Shown here: one piece after another, positions 38,761-51,299 of the stretch
Layout of the letters: the number at the start of each line of letters is the position of its first letter
How positions within the stretch are numbered: position 1 is the stretch's first letter
Origin: Mobula hypostoma
Taxonomy: Eukaryota
Reading direction: 5' to 3'
NCBI RefSeq assembly: GCF_963921235.1
Contig: NC_086097.1
Coordinates: forward strand, 179,306,001 to 179,370,000
DNA: 64,000 bases
The notes under the pieces: model-generated
Told to the model about the DNA's origin: nothing
Database searches by the model: none
Seen by the model: only the letters and a program-made list of their open reading frames with translations
Program-made: the position numbers and the translations under genes

Positions 38761-41700
38761 TTTGAGTTTGCCACACTTTTTCCTTTGTAATATCAATGGA
38801 ATTCATTCCTGTTCTCATGGACCTCTGGCCCACTGCTAGTGTCTTCCACAGTGAAGACAGATGCAAAGTAGCCATTAAGTTCATCTGCCATTCCTTTGTC
38901 CACTATTACTACCTCACCAACATTATTTTCCAGTGGTCCAATATCAACTCTCACCTCCCTTTTACTCCTTATATAACTGAAAGTTCCTGCTTTATATTAT
39001 TGGCTAGTTTGCCCTCATTATTTCACTTTTTCCCTTCTTGTAGTTTTTTTAGTTGTCTTTTGTTGGATTTTGAAAACTTCCCAATCCTCCAAATTCCCAC
39101 TCAGTTTTGCTACCTTATATGCACTTCCCTTGGCTTTTATGTAGTCCTTAACTTCCCTTGTCAGCCACGGTTATCTACTCCTGCCATTTGAGAACCAGTT
39201 CTTCTGTGGAACATATCTTTCCTTTGCCTTAAAAATTATTCCTAGAAACTTCAGCCACTTCTGCTCTGCCAACACCCTCACCAGCATCCTCCTCTGAACC
39301 ACCTGAGCAAACTCCTCTCTCATGCCTCTGTTATTTCCATTATTCCATTGCAGTATAGATACGCATGAGTTATGCTTCTCTTTCTCAAACAGCAGTATGA
39401 ATTCAATCATATTCTGATCATTGACTCCTAAGGGTTCATAGAACATAGAATAGTACAGCACAGTACAGGCCTTTCGGCCCACAATGTTGTGCCGACCCTC
39501 AAACCCTGCCTCCCATATAACCCCCCCACCTTAAATTCCTCCATATACCTGTCTAGTAGTCTCTTAAACTTCACTAGTGTATCTGCCTCCACCACTGACT
39601 CAGGCAGTGCATTCCATGCACCAACCACTCTCTGAGTAAAAAACCTTCCTCTAATATCCCCCTTGAACTTCCCACCCCTTACCTTAAAGCCATGTCCTCT
39701 TATATTGAGCAGTGGTGCCCTGGGGAAGAGGCGCTGGCTATCCACTCTATCTATTCCTCTTATTATCTTGTACACCTCTATCATGTCTCGTCTCATCCTC
39801 CTCATCTCCAAAGAGTAAAGCCCTAGCTCCCTTAATCTCTGATCGTAACGCATACTTTCTAAACCAGGCAGCATCCTGGTAAATCTCCTCTGTACCCTTT
39901 CCAATGCTTCCATATCCTTCCTATGGTGAGGTGACCAGAACTGGACACAGTACTCCAAGTGTGGCCTAACCAGAGTTTTATAGAGCTGCATCATTACATT
40001 GCAACTCTTAAACTCTATCCCTCAACATATGAAAGCTAACACCCCATAAGCTTTCTTAACTACCCTATCCACCTGTGATGCAACTTTCAGGGATCTATGG
40101 ACATGTACCCCCAGATCCCTCTGCTCCTCCACACTACAAGTATCCTGCCATTTACTTTGTACTCTGCCTTGGAGTTTGTCCTTCCAAAGTTTACCACCTC
40201 ACACTTCTCTGGGTTGAACTCCATCTGCCACTTCTCAGCCCACTTCTGCATCCTATCAATGTCTCTGTAATCTTTGACAATCCTCTACACTATCTACAAC
40301 ACCACCAACCATTGTGTCGTCTGCAAACTTGCCAACCCACCCTTCTACCTCCACATCCAGGTCGTTAATAAAAATCACGAAAAGTAGAGGTCCCAGAACA
40401 GATCCTTGTGGGACACCACTGGTCACAATCCTCCAATCTGAATGTACTCCCTCCACCACAACCCTCTGCCTTCTGCAGGCAAGCCAATTCTGAATCCACT
40501 TGGCCAAACTTCCCTGGATCCCATGCCTTCTAACTTTCTGAATGCCTACCGTGTGGAACCTTGTCAAATGCCTTACTAAAATCCATATAGATCACATCCA
40601 CTGCACTACCCTCATCTATATGCCTGGTCACCTCCTCAAAGAACGCTATCAGGCTTGTTAGACACGATCTGCCCTTCACAAAGCCATGCTGACTGTCCCT
40701 GATCAGACCATGATTCTCTAAATGCCTATAGGTCCTATCTCTAAGAATCTTTTCCAATAGCTTTCCCACCACAGACGTAAGGTTCACTGGTCTATAATTA
40801 CCCGGACTATCCCTACTACCTTTTTTGAACAAGGGGTCAACATTCGCTTCCCTCCAATCCTCCGGTACCATTCCCGTGGACAACGAGGACATAAAGATCC
40901 TAGCCAGAGGCTCAGCAATCTCTTCCCTTGCCTCGCGGAGCAGCCTGGGGAATATTCCGTCAGGCCCCAGGGACTTATCTGTCCTAATGTATTTTAACAA
41001 CTCCAACACCTCCTCTCCCTTATTATCAACATGCTCCAGAACATCAACCTCACTCATATTGTCCTCACCATCATCAAGTTCCCTCTCATTAGTGAATACC
41101 GAAGAGAAGTATTCATTGAGGACCTCACTCACTTCCACAGCCTCCAGGCACATCTTCCCACCTTTATCTCTAATCGGTCCTAACTTCCCTCCTGTCATCC
41201 TTTTTTTCTTCACATAATAGAAGAATGCCTTGGGGTTTTCCTTTACCCTACTTGCCAAGGCCTTCTCATGCCCCCTTCTTGCTCTTCTCAGCCCCTTCTT
41301 AAGCTCCTTTCTTGCTTCCCTATATTCCTCAATAGACCCATCTGATCCTTGCTTCCTAAACCTCATGTATGCTGCCTTCTTCCACCTGACTAAATTTTCC
41401 ACCTCACTTGTCACCCATGGTTCCTTCACCCTATCATTCTTTATCTTCCTCACCGGGACAAATTTATCCCTAACATCCCGCAAGAGATCTCTAAACATCG
41501 ACCACATGTCCATAGTACATTTCCCTGCAAAAACATCATCCCAATTCACACCTGCAAGTTCTAGCCTTGTAGCTTCATAATTTGCCTTTCCCCAATTAAA
41601 AATTTTCCTGTCCTCGCTGATTCTATCCTTTTCCATGATAATTATAAAGGCCAGGGAGTGGTGGTCACTGTCCCCCAGATGCTCACCCACTGAGAGATCT

Positions 41701-44130
41701 GTGACCTGACCCGGTTCATTACTTAGTACTAGATCTAGTATGGCATTCGCCCTGGTTGGCCTGTCCACATACTGTGACAGGAATCCATCCTGGACATACT
41801 TAACAAACTCTGCCCCATCTAAACCCTTGGAACTAATCAGGTGCCAATCAATAGTAGGGAAGTTAAAGTCACTCATGATAACAACCCTGTTATTTTTGCT
41901 CCTTTCCAAAATCTGCCTCCCAATCTGCTCCTCTGTATCTCTGCTGCTACCAGGGGGCCTATAGAATACCCCCAACAGAGTAACTGCTCCCTTTCGGTTC
42001 CTGACTTCCACCCATATTGACTCAAAAGAGGATCCTGCTACATTACCCACCCTTTCTGTAGCTGTAATAGTATCCCTAACCAGTAATGCCACCCCTCCTC
42101 CCCTTTTTCCGCCCTCTCTATCCCCTTTAAAGCACTGAAATCCAGGAATATTGAGAATCCATTCTTGCCCTGGTGCCAGCCAAGTCTCTGTAATGGCCAC
42201 TACATCATAATTCCATGTATGTATCCAAGCTCTCAGTTCATCACCTTTGTTCCTGATGCTTCTTGAGTTGAGGTACACACATTTCAGCCCTTCTACCTTA
42301 CTGTCTTTACACCGTTTATTCTACTTCTCTTTCCTCAAAACCTCTCTGTATGTTAGATCTGGCTTTACTCTATGCACTTCTTTCACTGCTCTATCGCTCT
42401 GGGTCCCATTCCCCTTGCAAATTAGTTTAAACCCTCACGAACCATGCTAGCAAACCTACCTGCAAGGATATTGCTCCCCCTTGAGTTCAGGTGCAACCCA
42501 TCCAATCTGTACAGGTCCCACCTTCCCCAGAAGAGATCCCAATGATCTAAAAATCTAAAACCCTGCTCCCTGTACCAACTCCTCAGCCACGCATTCAACT
42601 GCCATCTCCTCCAATTCTTACCTTCACTGTCACGTAGCACTGGCAGCAATCCTGAGAACGCCACCCTTGAGGTCCTGTTCTTCAGCCTTCTGCCTAGTTC
42701 CTGAAACTCACACTTCAGGACCTCATCCCTCTTCCTGCCTATGTCGTTGGTCCCAACATGTATCATGACTTCTGGTTACTTTCCCTCTCGTACCAGGATG
42801 TCGTGCACCCGGTCAGAGACATCCCGGACCCTGGCACCCAGGAGGCAACAAACCATGCGGGTGTCCTTCTCACGTCCACAAAATCTCCTGTCTGCTCCCC
42901 TGACTATAGAGTCTCCAATGACGACAGCTCTCCTCTTCTCTGCCCCACCCTTCTGCACCACAGGGTCAGACTCAGTGCCGGAGGCCCTGCCACCGTGGCT
43001 CACACCTGGTCGGTCGTCCCCGCCAACAGTATCCAGGACGGTAAACTTATTATTCAGGGGAATGGCTACAGGGGTGCTCTGCACTACCTGTCTATTCACC
43101 TTCGCTTTCCCCCCTCTGACTGTCACCCAACGACCTGCTTCCGACAGCCTGTAGCTCTCCTCTATGACTGCCTCATTCTCCCTTATGAGTCGAAGGTCAT
43201 CCAGCTGCTGCTCCAGATTCCTTACACGGTCTTCCAGATCACCCAGCCGTATGCACTTCTGGCAGATGTGACTCTGCGGGAGAGGGGAGTTCCCCCATGA
43301 CTGCCACATCTCACATGAGACGCACATCACCATCTCAGGAGGCATTGTAAAAACTAACTGCGAGCTAGCTTGTCCTCCGCCTCTCCTTGTCGAAGCCTCT
43401 CGAGTCAAAGCCTCAAAGCTCCACTCCTTCACTGGCCCACTCATGCACTGGCCGCTTTCCACTGGGTGCTTCGTTTGAGCTATCCCTCTATTTATCTGTT
43501 TGAGCTTTTCAAAATGTTTGGTCACCTGACCTTGACTGCCCTTTACATTAAGCTCCCTAATAAGATCTGAGTTATTACACAACACCCAATCTAAGGTGGC
43601 CTTTCCCCAAGTAGGCTCAAGCAAATTATAAAGCCATCTCATAGGTATTGAACAGTTTCCCTCCCTTGTGTTCCAACACCAACCTGATTTTTCCAATCCC
43701 CTTGCATTTTGAGGTCCCTCATTACAATTGTGACATTACCCTATTACATTCCTTTTCCAACTCCCTTTGCAACCTCAATCCTACATCTTGGCTATTGTTT
43801 AGAGGCTTATATATGATTCCCATAATGCTTTTTTTCACCCTTGCAGTTTGCTTAACTCCACCCACAAAGGTTCAAAATTCTCTGACCCTATGTCACCTCT
43901 TTCTAAAGATGTCATTCCATCTTTTACCAACAGAGCCACACCACCACCTATGCCTTCCTGTCTTTCCTTTCGATACAAAGTATATCGTTGGAAAGCTCCC
44001 AGCTATGGCCGCCTTTCAGCCATGACTCAGACATCATACCAACCAGTCTCTAATTTCTAAGGCCATGAGTTTGTCCACCTTGTTCTGAATGTTATGCACT
44101 TTTAAAAACAATATTTTCAGTACTGCAGAC
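38760..44130 (-). mobile_element. Older CR1 fragment split by the near full-length CR1
   Basis: Endonuclease-region fragments at 38760-39436 and ~43520-44130 join up once the insert is removed. Confidence 0.75.
39437..43520 (-). mobile_element. Near full-length young CR1 LINE (ORF1 zinc finger/esterase; ORF2 APE-RT, frameshifted)
   Basis: ORF1: CVSC...CQKC, coiled coil, GDSIVR, HVGTND and DGLHL (SGNH esterase). ORF2: 582-aa open stretch 40530-42278 with ITETW, YRPP and SDH, then RT pieces (FADDT). 3' tail (ttctatg)n on the minus strand. Confidence 0.95.
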
Positions 44131-45611
44131 GAATGAATACCTCGGTGGTGGCAGGGTGTTCATTCGTCTCACAGCCTGAGGGAAGAAGCTGTTAACTAGT
44201 CTGGCAGTTCTACATCTGATGCTTCTGTGTCTGCTTCATGACAATAGTGGGACAAAGAGGTTGTGGGATGGGTGGTAGGGATCCTCAATAATGCTTTGGC
44301 CCTTTCATCCGCAATGCTCCTGGTAAATATCACAAATTGGGGGGGGCATAGCGGAGTATGAAGACCCTGATGATCCTCTTGGCGGGTTTTATTGCCCTCT
44401 GTAGGAAAGACCGCACCCTACAGCATGGACAAACAACCAATGTGCAAAAGATAACAAACAGTGCAAATGCAAAAATAAAATAAATAAACAATATTAAGGA
44501 GAATATGAGATGAAGAGTCATTGAAAGTGAGTTGATAGGATCTGGGAACAGTTCAGTAATGGGGGGGGGGGTGAAGCTGAGTAAGGTTATCACCTCTGGT
44601 TCAGAGCCTGATGGTTGAGTGGTAATAACTGTTCCAGAATCTCGTGGTGTGAGACCTGAGGCTCATTTATGTTATTCCTGATGGCAGCAGTGAGAAGAAT
44701 GCATGACGGAATTGAGGGGTTCTTGATGATGGATGCTGTATTTCTGTGACAGCACGCCATGTAGATGTGCTCAGTGGTGGAAGGAGTTCATCCACAACGG
44801 ACTGGGTCATATCTATTACTTTTTGTAGGCTTTTCCATTCAAGGGTATTGGTGTTTCCATACCAGGCCATGATGCAACCAGTCAATATGCTGTCCACCTC
44901 ACACCTATAGAAGTTTGTCAAAGTTTTAGATGACATGACGAATCTTCACAAACTTCTAAGGAAGTCGAGGCACTGCCATGATTTCTTCGTAATGGCAGTT
45001 ACATGCTGGACTCCAGGATCGATCCTCTGAAATGATAACACTGAGGAATTTAAAGTTGCTGACCCTCTCCACCTTTATTCTAAACCTTTCTATTCATGTA
45101 CTTATACAAAAGAGGAATAACAAGGTAGTGTTCATGAAATAATTTTCCTCCACTGCTGTAAAATAGTAAGCGCACAATAGGTGCAATAATGTTTTAAGGA
45201 CTGTAGAGTCGTTTGTGTGTAATCAGCATGATACACTACTGAGGCAGCTAATTAACCAACGTAACTGTGGCAGAATTGAGGTTCAGAACTGAATTTGTCA
45301 TGAGGTTAAACTAGAATTTGAGGAAGTGTAGATTATGTTCGTGATTGTTACTGGATGTGTATTAAGGGCTGATTAATCAGCACTGAGTCAAAATAGCATG
45401 TAAACACAAACTTCTCACATTTGACAATATTAAACTAATTACTAATTATCAAGTTATTGGAACTAATTCGAATGGACAGGATGCACTGATTTTCAGAAGA
45501 GCATGGGTTAATCAGTCAGCATGGATTTTATAAGGGGAGGTCATGACTGATAGTTGAATTTTTTGAGTATGTAACATGGACTGTTGATGATGGCAGTCCA
45601 TGAGTGAGATA

Positions 45612-47254
45612 CAGGTGTCCCCTGCTTTTCGAACTTTCGCTTTACGAAACCTCGCTGTTACGAAAGACCTACATTAGTTACCTGTTTTCGCTAACAGGAG
45701 GTGTTTTCACTGTTACGAAAAAAGGCAGTGCGTGATAAAAGGCAGCACACGCCCCGAGCAGCCGCTCCTCCCCCGGAACTGTATTCTCGCCGGCATTGCT
45801 TAAACACGTGCTTGTGAGCAGCCATTTGCAAGATGAGTTCTAAGGTATCGGAAAAGCCTAAAAGAGCTCATAAGGGTGTTACACTTAGCGTAAAACTAGA
45901 CATAATTAAGCGTTTTGATCGTTGTGAACGAAGTAAGGACAAATTGAGTTTGGCTTGTGGAAGTTGACGAAGATGATGTTGAAGAGGTTTTGGCATCCCA
46001 TGACCAAGAACTGATAGATGAAGAACTGAGGCAATTGGAAGAGGAAAGGATAACAATCGAAACTGAATGCGGTAGTGAACGGACCGAAAGTGAATTCGTC
46101 CAGGAACTGAACGTGAAGCAACTGTGTGAGATTTTCGCTGCAATGATTGCAGAAAAGTACGACTTTAATTTTGAAAGGGGATGTCGGTTTAGGGCATATT
46201 TGCAGGATGGTTTGAGTGCTTACAAAGAACTGTATGATAGAAAAATGCGCGAGTCTAAGCAGTCAAGCATACTGTCGTTTTTCAAGCCTTCCACATCAGC
46301 CTCAGCAGATGATGAACCTCGACCTTTGACATCGAGGCAGGCAGACGTAGAAGAAGAAGACCTGCCTGCCCTGATGGAAACAGATGATGATGAGATGACA
46401 CCCCAGTGTCCAACCACCCCAACCCCCGGGCCGCGGACCAATACATTGCTGCTGAGAATGCAGTGGTAGCCAGGACGTACCCAGCACATCTTGAAGACAA
46501 AAAAGCCAAAATAAACAAGCTAATTAATTAGGTGCCACCCGGCACATAAATATCGGCCCACATCAGAGGTGATTGCCTATTGTGTCGCCTCTGATCTGGG
46601 CTGACATTTACGTGCCAGGCGGCACCTAATTAATTAGCTTGTTTATTTCGGCTTTTTTCTTAAAGATGTGCTGGATGCCTCCCTGCTACCGCCGTACCCC
46701 TGCATGTTTCACGGATCGGGATCGGTCGGCGGCCGGGAGGTTGGGGACCACTGCACCACCCCAACCTCCGACGACTCAGCCTAACACACCATCATCAGTG
46801 TGCTTGGCGCTGTCTTCCCAATTCCAGTAAGTGATACTACACTGTACATACATTATTTCTACTTTATATAGGCTGTGCATTTTTATGCGTTATTTGGTAT
46901 GATTTGCAGCTTCATAGCTTAAAGGTTACTGGAGAGCGCTTGCGCCATGTTTCTGCCGAGAGCACTTGTGTGAGATTTTTGCTACGGAGAACAGTGTGGC
47001 AATGATTGTAGAGAAGTATTTCTACTTTATATAGGCTGTGTATTTATCATATCATTCCTGCTTTTACTATATGTTACTGTTATTTTAGGTTTTGTGTGTT
47101 ATTTGGCATGATTTGATAGGTTATTTTTGGGTCTGCGAACACTCACAAATTTTTCCCATATAAATAAATGGTAATTGCTTCTTCGCTTTACGACATTCTG
47201 GCTTATGAACTGTTTCATAGGAATGCTCTACCTTCGGATGGCGTGGGAAACCTG
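45612..47254 (+). mobile_element. Internally deleted Tigger/pogo-like DNA transposon
   Basis: TA|caggtgtccc ... gggaaacctg|TA termini. N-terminal KRAHKGVTLSVKLDIIKRFD (~45834) is joined to an acidic C-terminus ending KQSSILSFFK. No DDE core seen. Confidence 0.85.
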
Positions 47255-47488
47255 TATAGTCATACAGCATGAAAATAGCCTCTTTAACCCAACTGGAGGA
47301 GCTACAGGATTCTGAAGACCCACACTCGATGATTCAAAAGCAGTTTCTTCCCTTTTGCCATCAGATTTCTGAATGATCCATAAATGCTACCTCATTATTA
47401 TTCTCTTTTGCACTATTCATTTATTTTGTAATTTATAGATTTTTGTCTAGCATTCAAATGCTTTCCCAAAACAACAAGTTCCATCTCA

Positions 47489-47679
47489 AACACAAGGAAA
47501 CCTGCAGGTGCTGGAAATTCAAGCAACACATGCAAAATGCTGGTGGAACGCAGCAGGCCGGGCAGCATCTATAGGAAGAGGTATAGTTGACATTTTGGGC
47601 TGAGACCCTTTGTCCTGACGAAGGGTCTCGGCTGGAAACGTCGACTGTGCCTCTTCCTAGAGATGCTGCCTGGCCTGCT
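47489..47679. mobile_element. 190-bp fold-back Penelope-like terminal insertion, 13-bp TSD
   Basis: aagttccatctca (47476-47488) and aaattccatctca (47680-47692). Arms invert at ~47611. Plus-strand hammerhead motif at 47611-47646 with a weakened stem II. Confidence 0.8.
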
Positions 47680-47838
47680 AAATTCCATCTCATAAGTTTA
47701 TGATAGTAAATCTGATTTGGATTCTAAACTGGACCAAGCTGACCAAGATTCACATCTAAGCCTGTTCCATTTGCTTGCACACACATCAAAGTTGCTGGTG
47801 AATGCAGCAGGCCAGGCAGCATCTCTAGGAAGAGGTAC

Positions 47839-47874
47839 AGTCGACGTTTCGGGGCGAGACCCTTCATCAGGACT
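47839..47874 (-). ncRNA. Minimal type I hammerhead ribozyme motif
   Basis: Reverse complement reads AGTC CTGATGA AGGG tctcg CCCC GAAACGTC GACT. Confidence 0.75.
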
Positions 47875-48277
47875 AACTGAAGAAAGAGCTACTAAGAGAT
47901 TTGAAAGTGGGAGGGGGAGATCCAAAATGATAGGAGAAGACAGGAGGGGGAGGGATGGAGCCAAGAGCTGGACAGTTGTTTGGCAACAGGGATATGAGAG
48001 GATCATCGGACAGGAGGCCCAGGGAGAAAGGAATTGGGTGAGGGGAGAAGAACCAGAGGATGGGCAAAGGGTATAGACAGAGGGAGAAAAAGAAGAGAGA
48101 GAAAAAGAATATGTGTATATAAATAAATAATGGATGGGGTACGAGGGAGAGGTGGGGCATTAGCGGAAGTCTGAGAAGTCAATGGCTCCATCCCTCCCCC
48201 TCCTGTCTTCTCCTGTCATTTTGGATCTCCCCCTCCCCCTCCCACTTTCAAATCTCTTACTAGCTCTTCTTTCAGTT

Positions 48278-48313
48278 AGTCCTGACGAAGGGTCTCGGCC
48301 TGAAACGTCAACT
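48278..48313 (+). ncRNA. Hammerhead motif with one stem I mismatch
   Basis: AGTC CTGACGA AGG gtctcgg CCT GAAACGTC AACT. Confidence 0.65.
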
Positions 48314-51299
48314 GTACCTCTTCCTAGAGATGCTGCCTGGCCTGCAACTTTGATGTGTGTTGCTTGAAATTCCAGCATCTGCAGATTTCCTCGTGTTTCC
48401 ATTTGCTTGTATTTGCCCAGATCCCTCTAAACCTTTCCTTTCCAGCTACCTTTTCAACTGTTGTTAATATTCCTGCTTCTAACACTTCTGGCAGTTTGTT
48501 CCATATATGCACCACTCTCTCGCTGAAAAAGTTACCATGCAGGTTCCTATTAAATCTCTCCCCTCTCATCCTAAACCTCTAGTTCTTGCTTTTCCCAAGC
48601 CTGGGAAAAAGATTTAATGAATTCACCTGGTGTAAAACTCTAGATTCTCTGCAGAAGAGTAAGTATTCAAAGAATACTTTATGAAATAGGCAAACAAGCT
48701 ACCTAGTTCAAGGGTAGTTAGGGATAGGCAATAAATACCATAACAGCATAAGACGTAGGAGCAGAATTAGGCTATTTGGCCTGTCGAGTCTTCTCTACGT
48801 TACTGAACATGCCAACAATGCCTGCATTCTGTGATAGAATTAAAAGAAAGTAAACATCTGATCCCTGTAGGGAATGTTGAACCCTCCTTGTGCAGTAAAT
48901 GTGGGTACAAGTTGCTGCACATGTAATCACTGGTTAAGGTCACCTTTCCTGAAGTTTGCTTACACCTAAGCATGTAGTTGTCCCCCCAGACATCTTCTAA
49001 CCTTTATCAGTGTGTAAAAGTATCGTTAATTTTTAAATGGAAATGGTATTTTATACAAGATTCCAAATTGAATGAAGAATGTTCATCAGTTTAAAGTAGT
49101 ACCTCCAGTCCAACCATATCAATAATTGTTTTATCAGGTGGTTCATGTTGAATCAGGTCAAGTTTACTGTCAGCTGCACAGGTGCAATGAGAAGCTTAAT
49201 TGCAACAGTATCGCAGGCACGTGCATAGATAAACAACAGTCACTCGGAAAACATAAACATGAATTTTACACAATTTACAAGAAAGCAAAAAACAAAATAA
49301 ATTCCCTTGTAGTGCAAGGTGGTCACAGTCTTGCTTAAACTGTAATGATTCAGGTTGTGCATATTGGTTCGACAGGAACCAAATAGCTGAAGGGAAGGAG
49401 CTATTCTTGAACCTGGGAGTGTGGGACTTCAGGTTTCTGTACCTCAGGCAATGGCAGCTGTGAGATGGTATGGTCTGGATGGCGGGGATCTTTGGATAAT
49501 GCCTTGTTGAGGCAGTGTCTCTTGTAGATACTACTGAGGGTGGGGAGTGATGTGCCCGTGATAATGAAGACTAAGCCCATTTCTCGCTGTAACTTCTAGT
49601 GTTCCTGTGCATTCGTATTGCCATCCCAGACCATGATGAACCCAGTTGGGATACTCTCAACAGGATATCTGTAAAAGTTTGTTAGAGCGTATAGTAACAA
49701 GCTGAGCTTCCTTTAGCCCCAAAGGAAGTAAATATGCTAGCACACGTTCCTTGTGTTTGTATCTATGTGCTGGGACCAGGAAAGGTCATCTGATATGTTA
49801 ACACTCAGGAATTTGAACATCAGAACATAAGAAATAGGAGCAGGAATAGTCCATCTGGCCCGTTGAGCCATTCAATAAGATCACGGCCGATCTGACAATG
49901 GACTCGTCTCCAACTACCTGCTTTTTCCCCATGACCCTTAATTCCCCTTCTGTGCAAAAATCTATCCAGCCTTGCCTTAAATTAAAGCTGATGACTCTCT
50001 TTTCACTGCTGATCACCCAATGTAGGCTGACGCACATTTGCACTTCTTCCCCTTCCTGAAGTCAACAGTCATTTGCAGCAATGTATTATATCTGCAAAAT
50101 GAGAAGTGCTGCTAATAAAAATAAAAAGGTAAAGTGTAAAAGCAATAGCTGTTTGCTTTGAAATTAGGACTTTGGGTCTGGAGTTGGTTCTTACTATTAC
50201 CTTTCCCCTTTTCAATGATACAAGAAACTCATGCAATATATTTCAAACTAGATCTACATATTTACCTTTGAAAGGTTCAGCACAGTGTTCACCAGGTGCA
50301 TGCTTTTTAAAAAAAACTCCAGTGGTGCTGTTTTGATGAGGGTGGGTTCTCCCCAGAGGCCAGACAAAAAAAGGTTATTTGTCCTTTACCTCCGTGCTTT
50401 TTGTAGCATCTTACTGTACACAGGTTGCCATATTTCAGCATAAGAGTTAGACAACACGAATGCAGGCCCTTCGATCCAAAGGTGCCTTCCTGAGCTCATC
50501 CCAGTTAGCCACGTTTGGCCCATATCCCTCCCAGTGGTTCCCAAAGTGGACACTTTCGCTCCCCTGGAGGTATGGGAGTTTTTCAGGGGATGATAAAGAT
50601 AAACAATGGTGGGGAAGCAAGAGCGACATCTGAGGGATCACAGGCTTAATTTAAGAAATGAATTACTTCTTATATGACCATAAGATATAGGAGCAGAATT
50701 AGGCCATTTGGCCCATTGAGTCTGCCCCGCCATTTCATCATGGCTGATCCAATTTTCCTCTGAGCTCCAATCTCCTGCCTTCTCCCCGTATCCCTTCATG
50801 CCCTCAGTACCTCATAACAGATTACAATGATCATATATTCACCTCGTCTCCTGCTAACCCACTGGTCTCTGAGCCTTTGCTCGAAGTGCTTTATAGTTTT
50901 GGAAAAGCAATGTGACACTTCTCTATTAGGCATGTCATGGGAAAACTGGACAGATGAAACAGTGTTACTTCTGAGCCTTGATCTCACATTATTACTGTTT
51001 GCTACTGTAGTACAGTGTAATTGAGATGATTTCCATACTCTAATCACACAGTGACGCAATTCCTGTGAATTAGGGTATTGGGTAAATGGGGTAGAGTTCA
51101 GAATCTGCCCTTTTGAATGGTCGACCCCTTTTCTCTAGACCATGGTCCGACTGAGATATTGCTGCTCTACGTAATGTACTTTCAGACAGAGAGTAAAGTT
51201 TTGCCTGAGTTATGATGATGTCATTACTTTCCCCTTTATTAATGGCAGTGCTGGAGGTTGGACGTAAGCAATAGGCAATTGACCGTGGTCATTAATCCA

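Larger units (their letters stand above)
47778..48396. mobile_element. Inverted pair of Penelope-like 3' ends, 13-bp TSD
   Basis: Exact TSD ttccatttgcttg at 47765-47777 and 48397-48409. Minus arm runs to ~48182, then the plus arm begins. Confidence 0.9.

Noticed and set aside
45957..46469. Domesticated TIGD-type gene
   Set aside because: Lies inside TIRs with TA duplication and lacks the catalytic core, so it is a deletion derivative.
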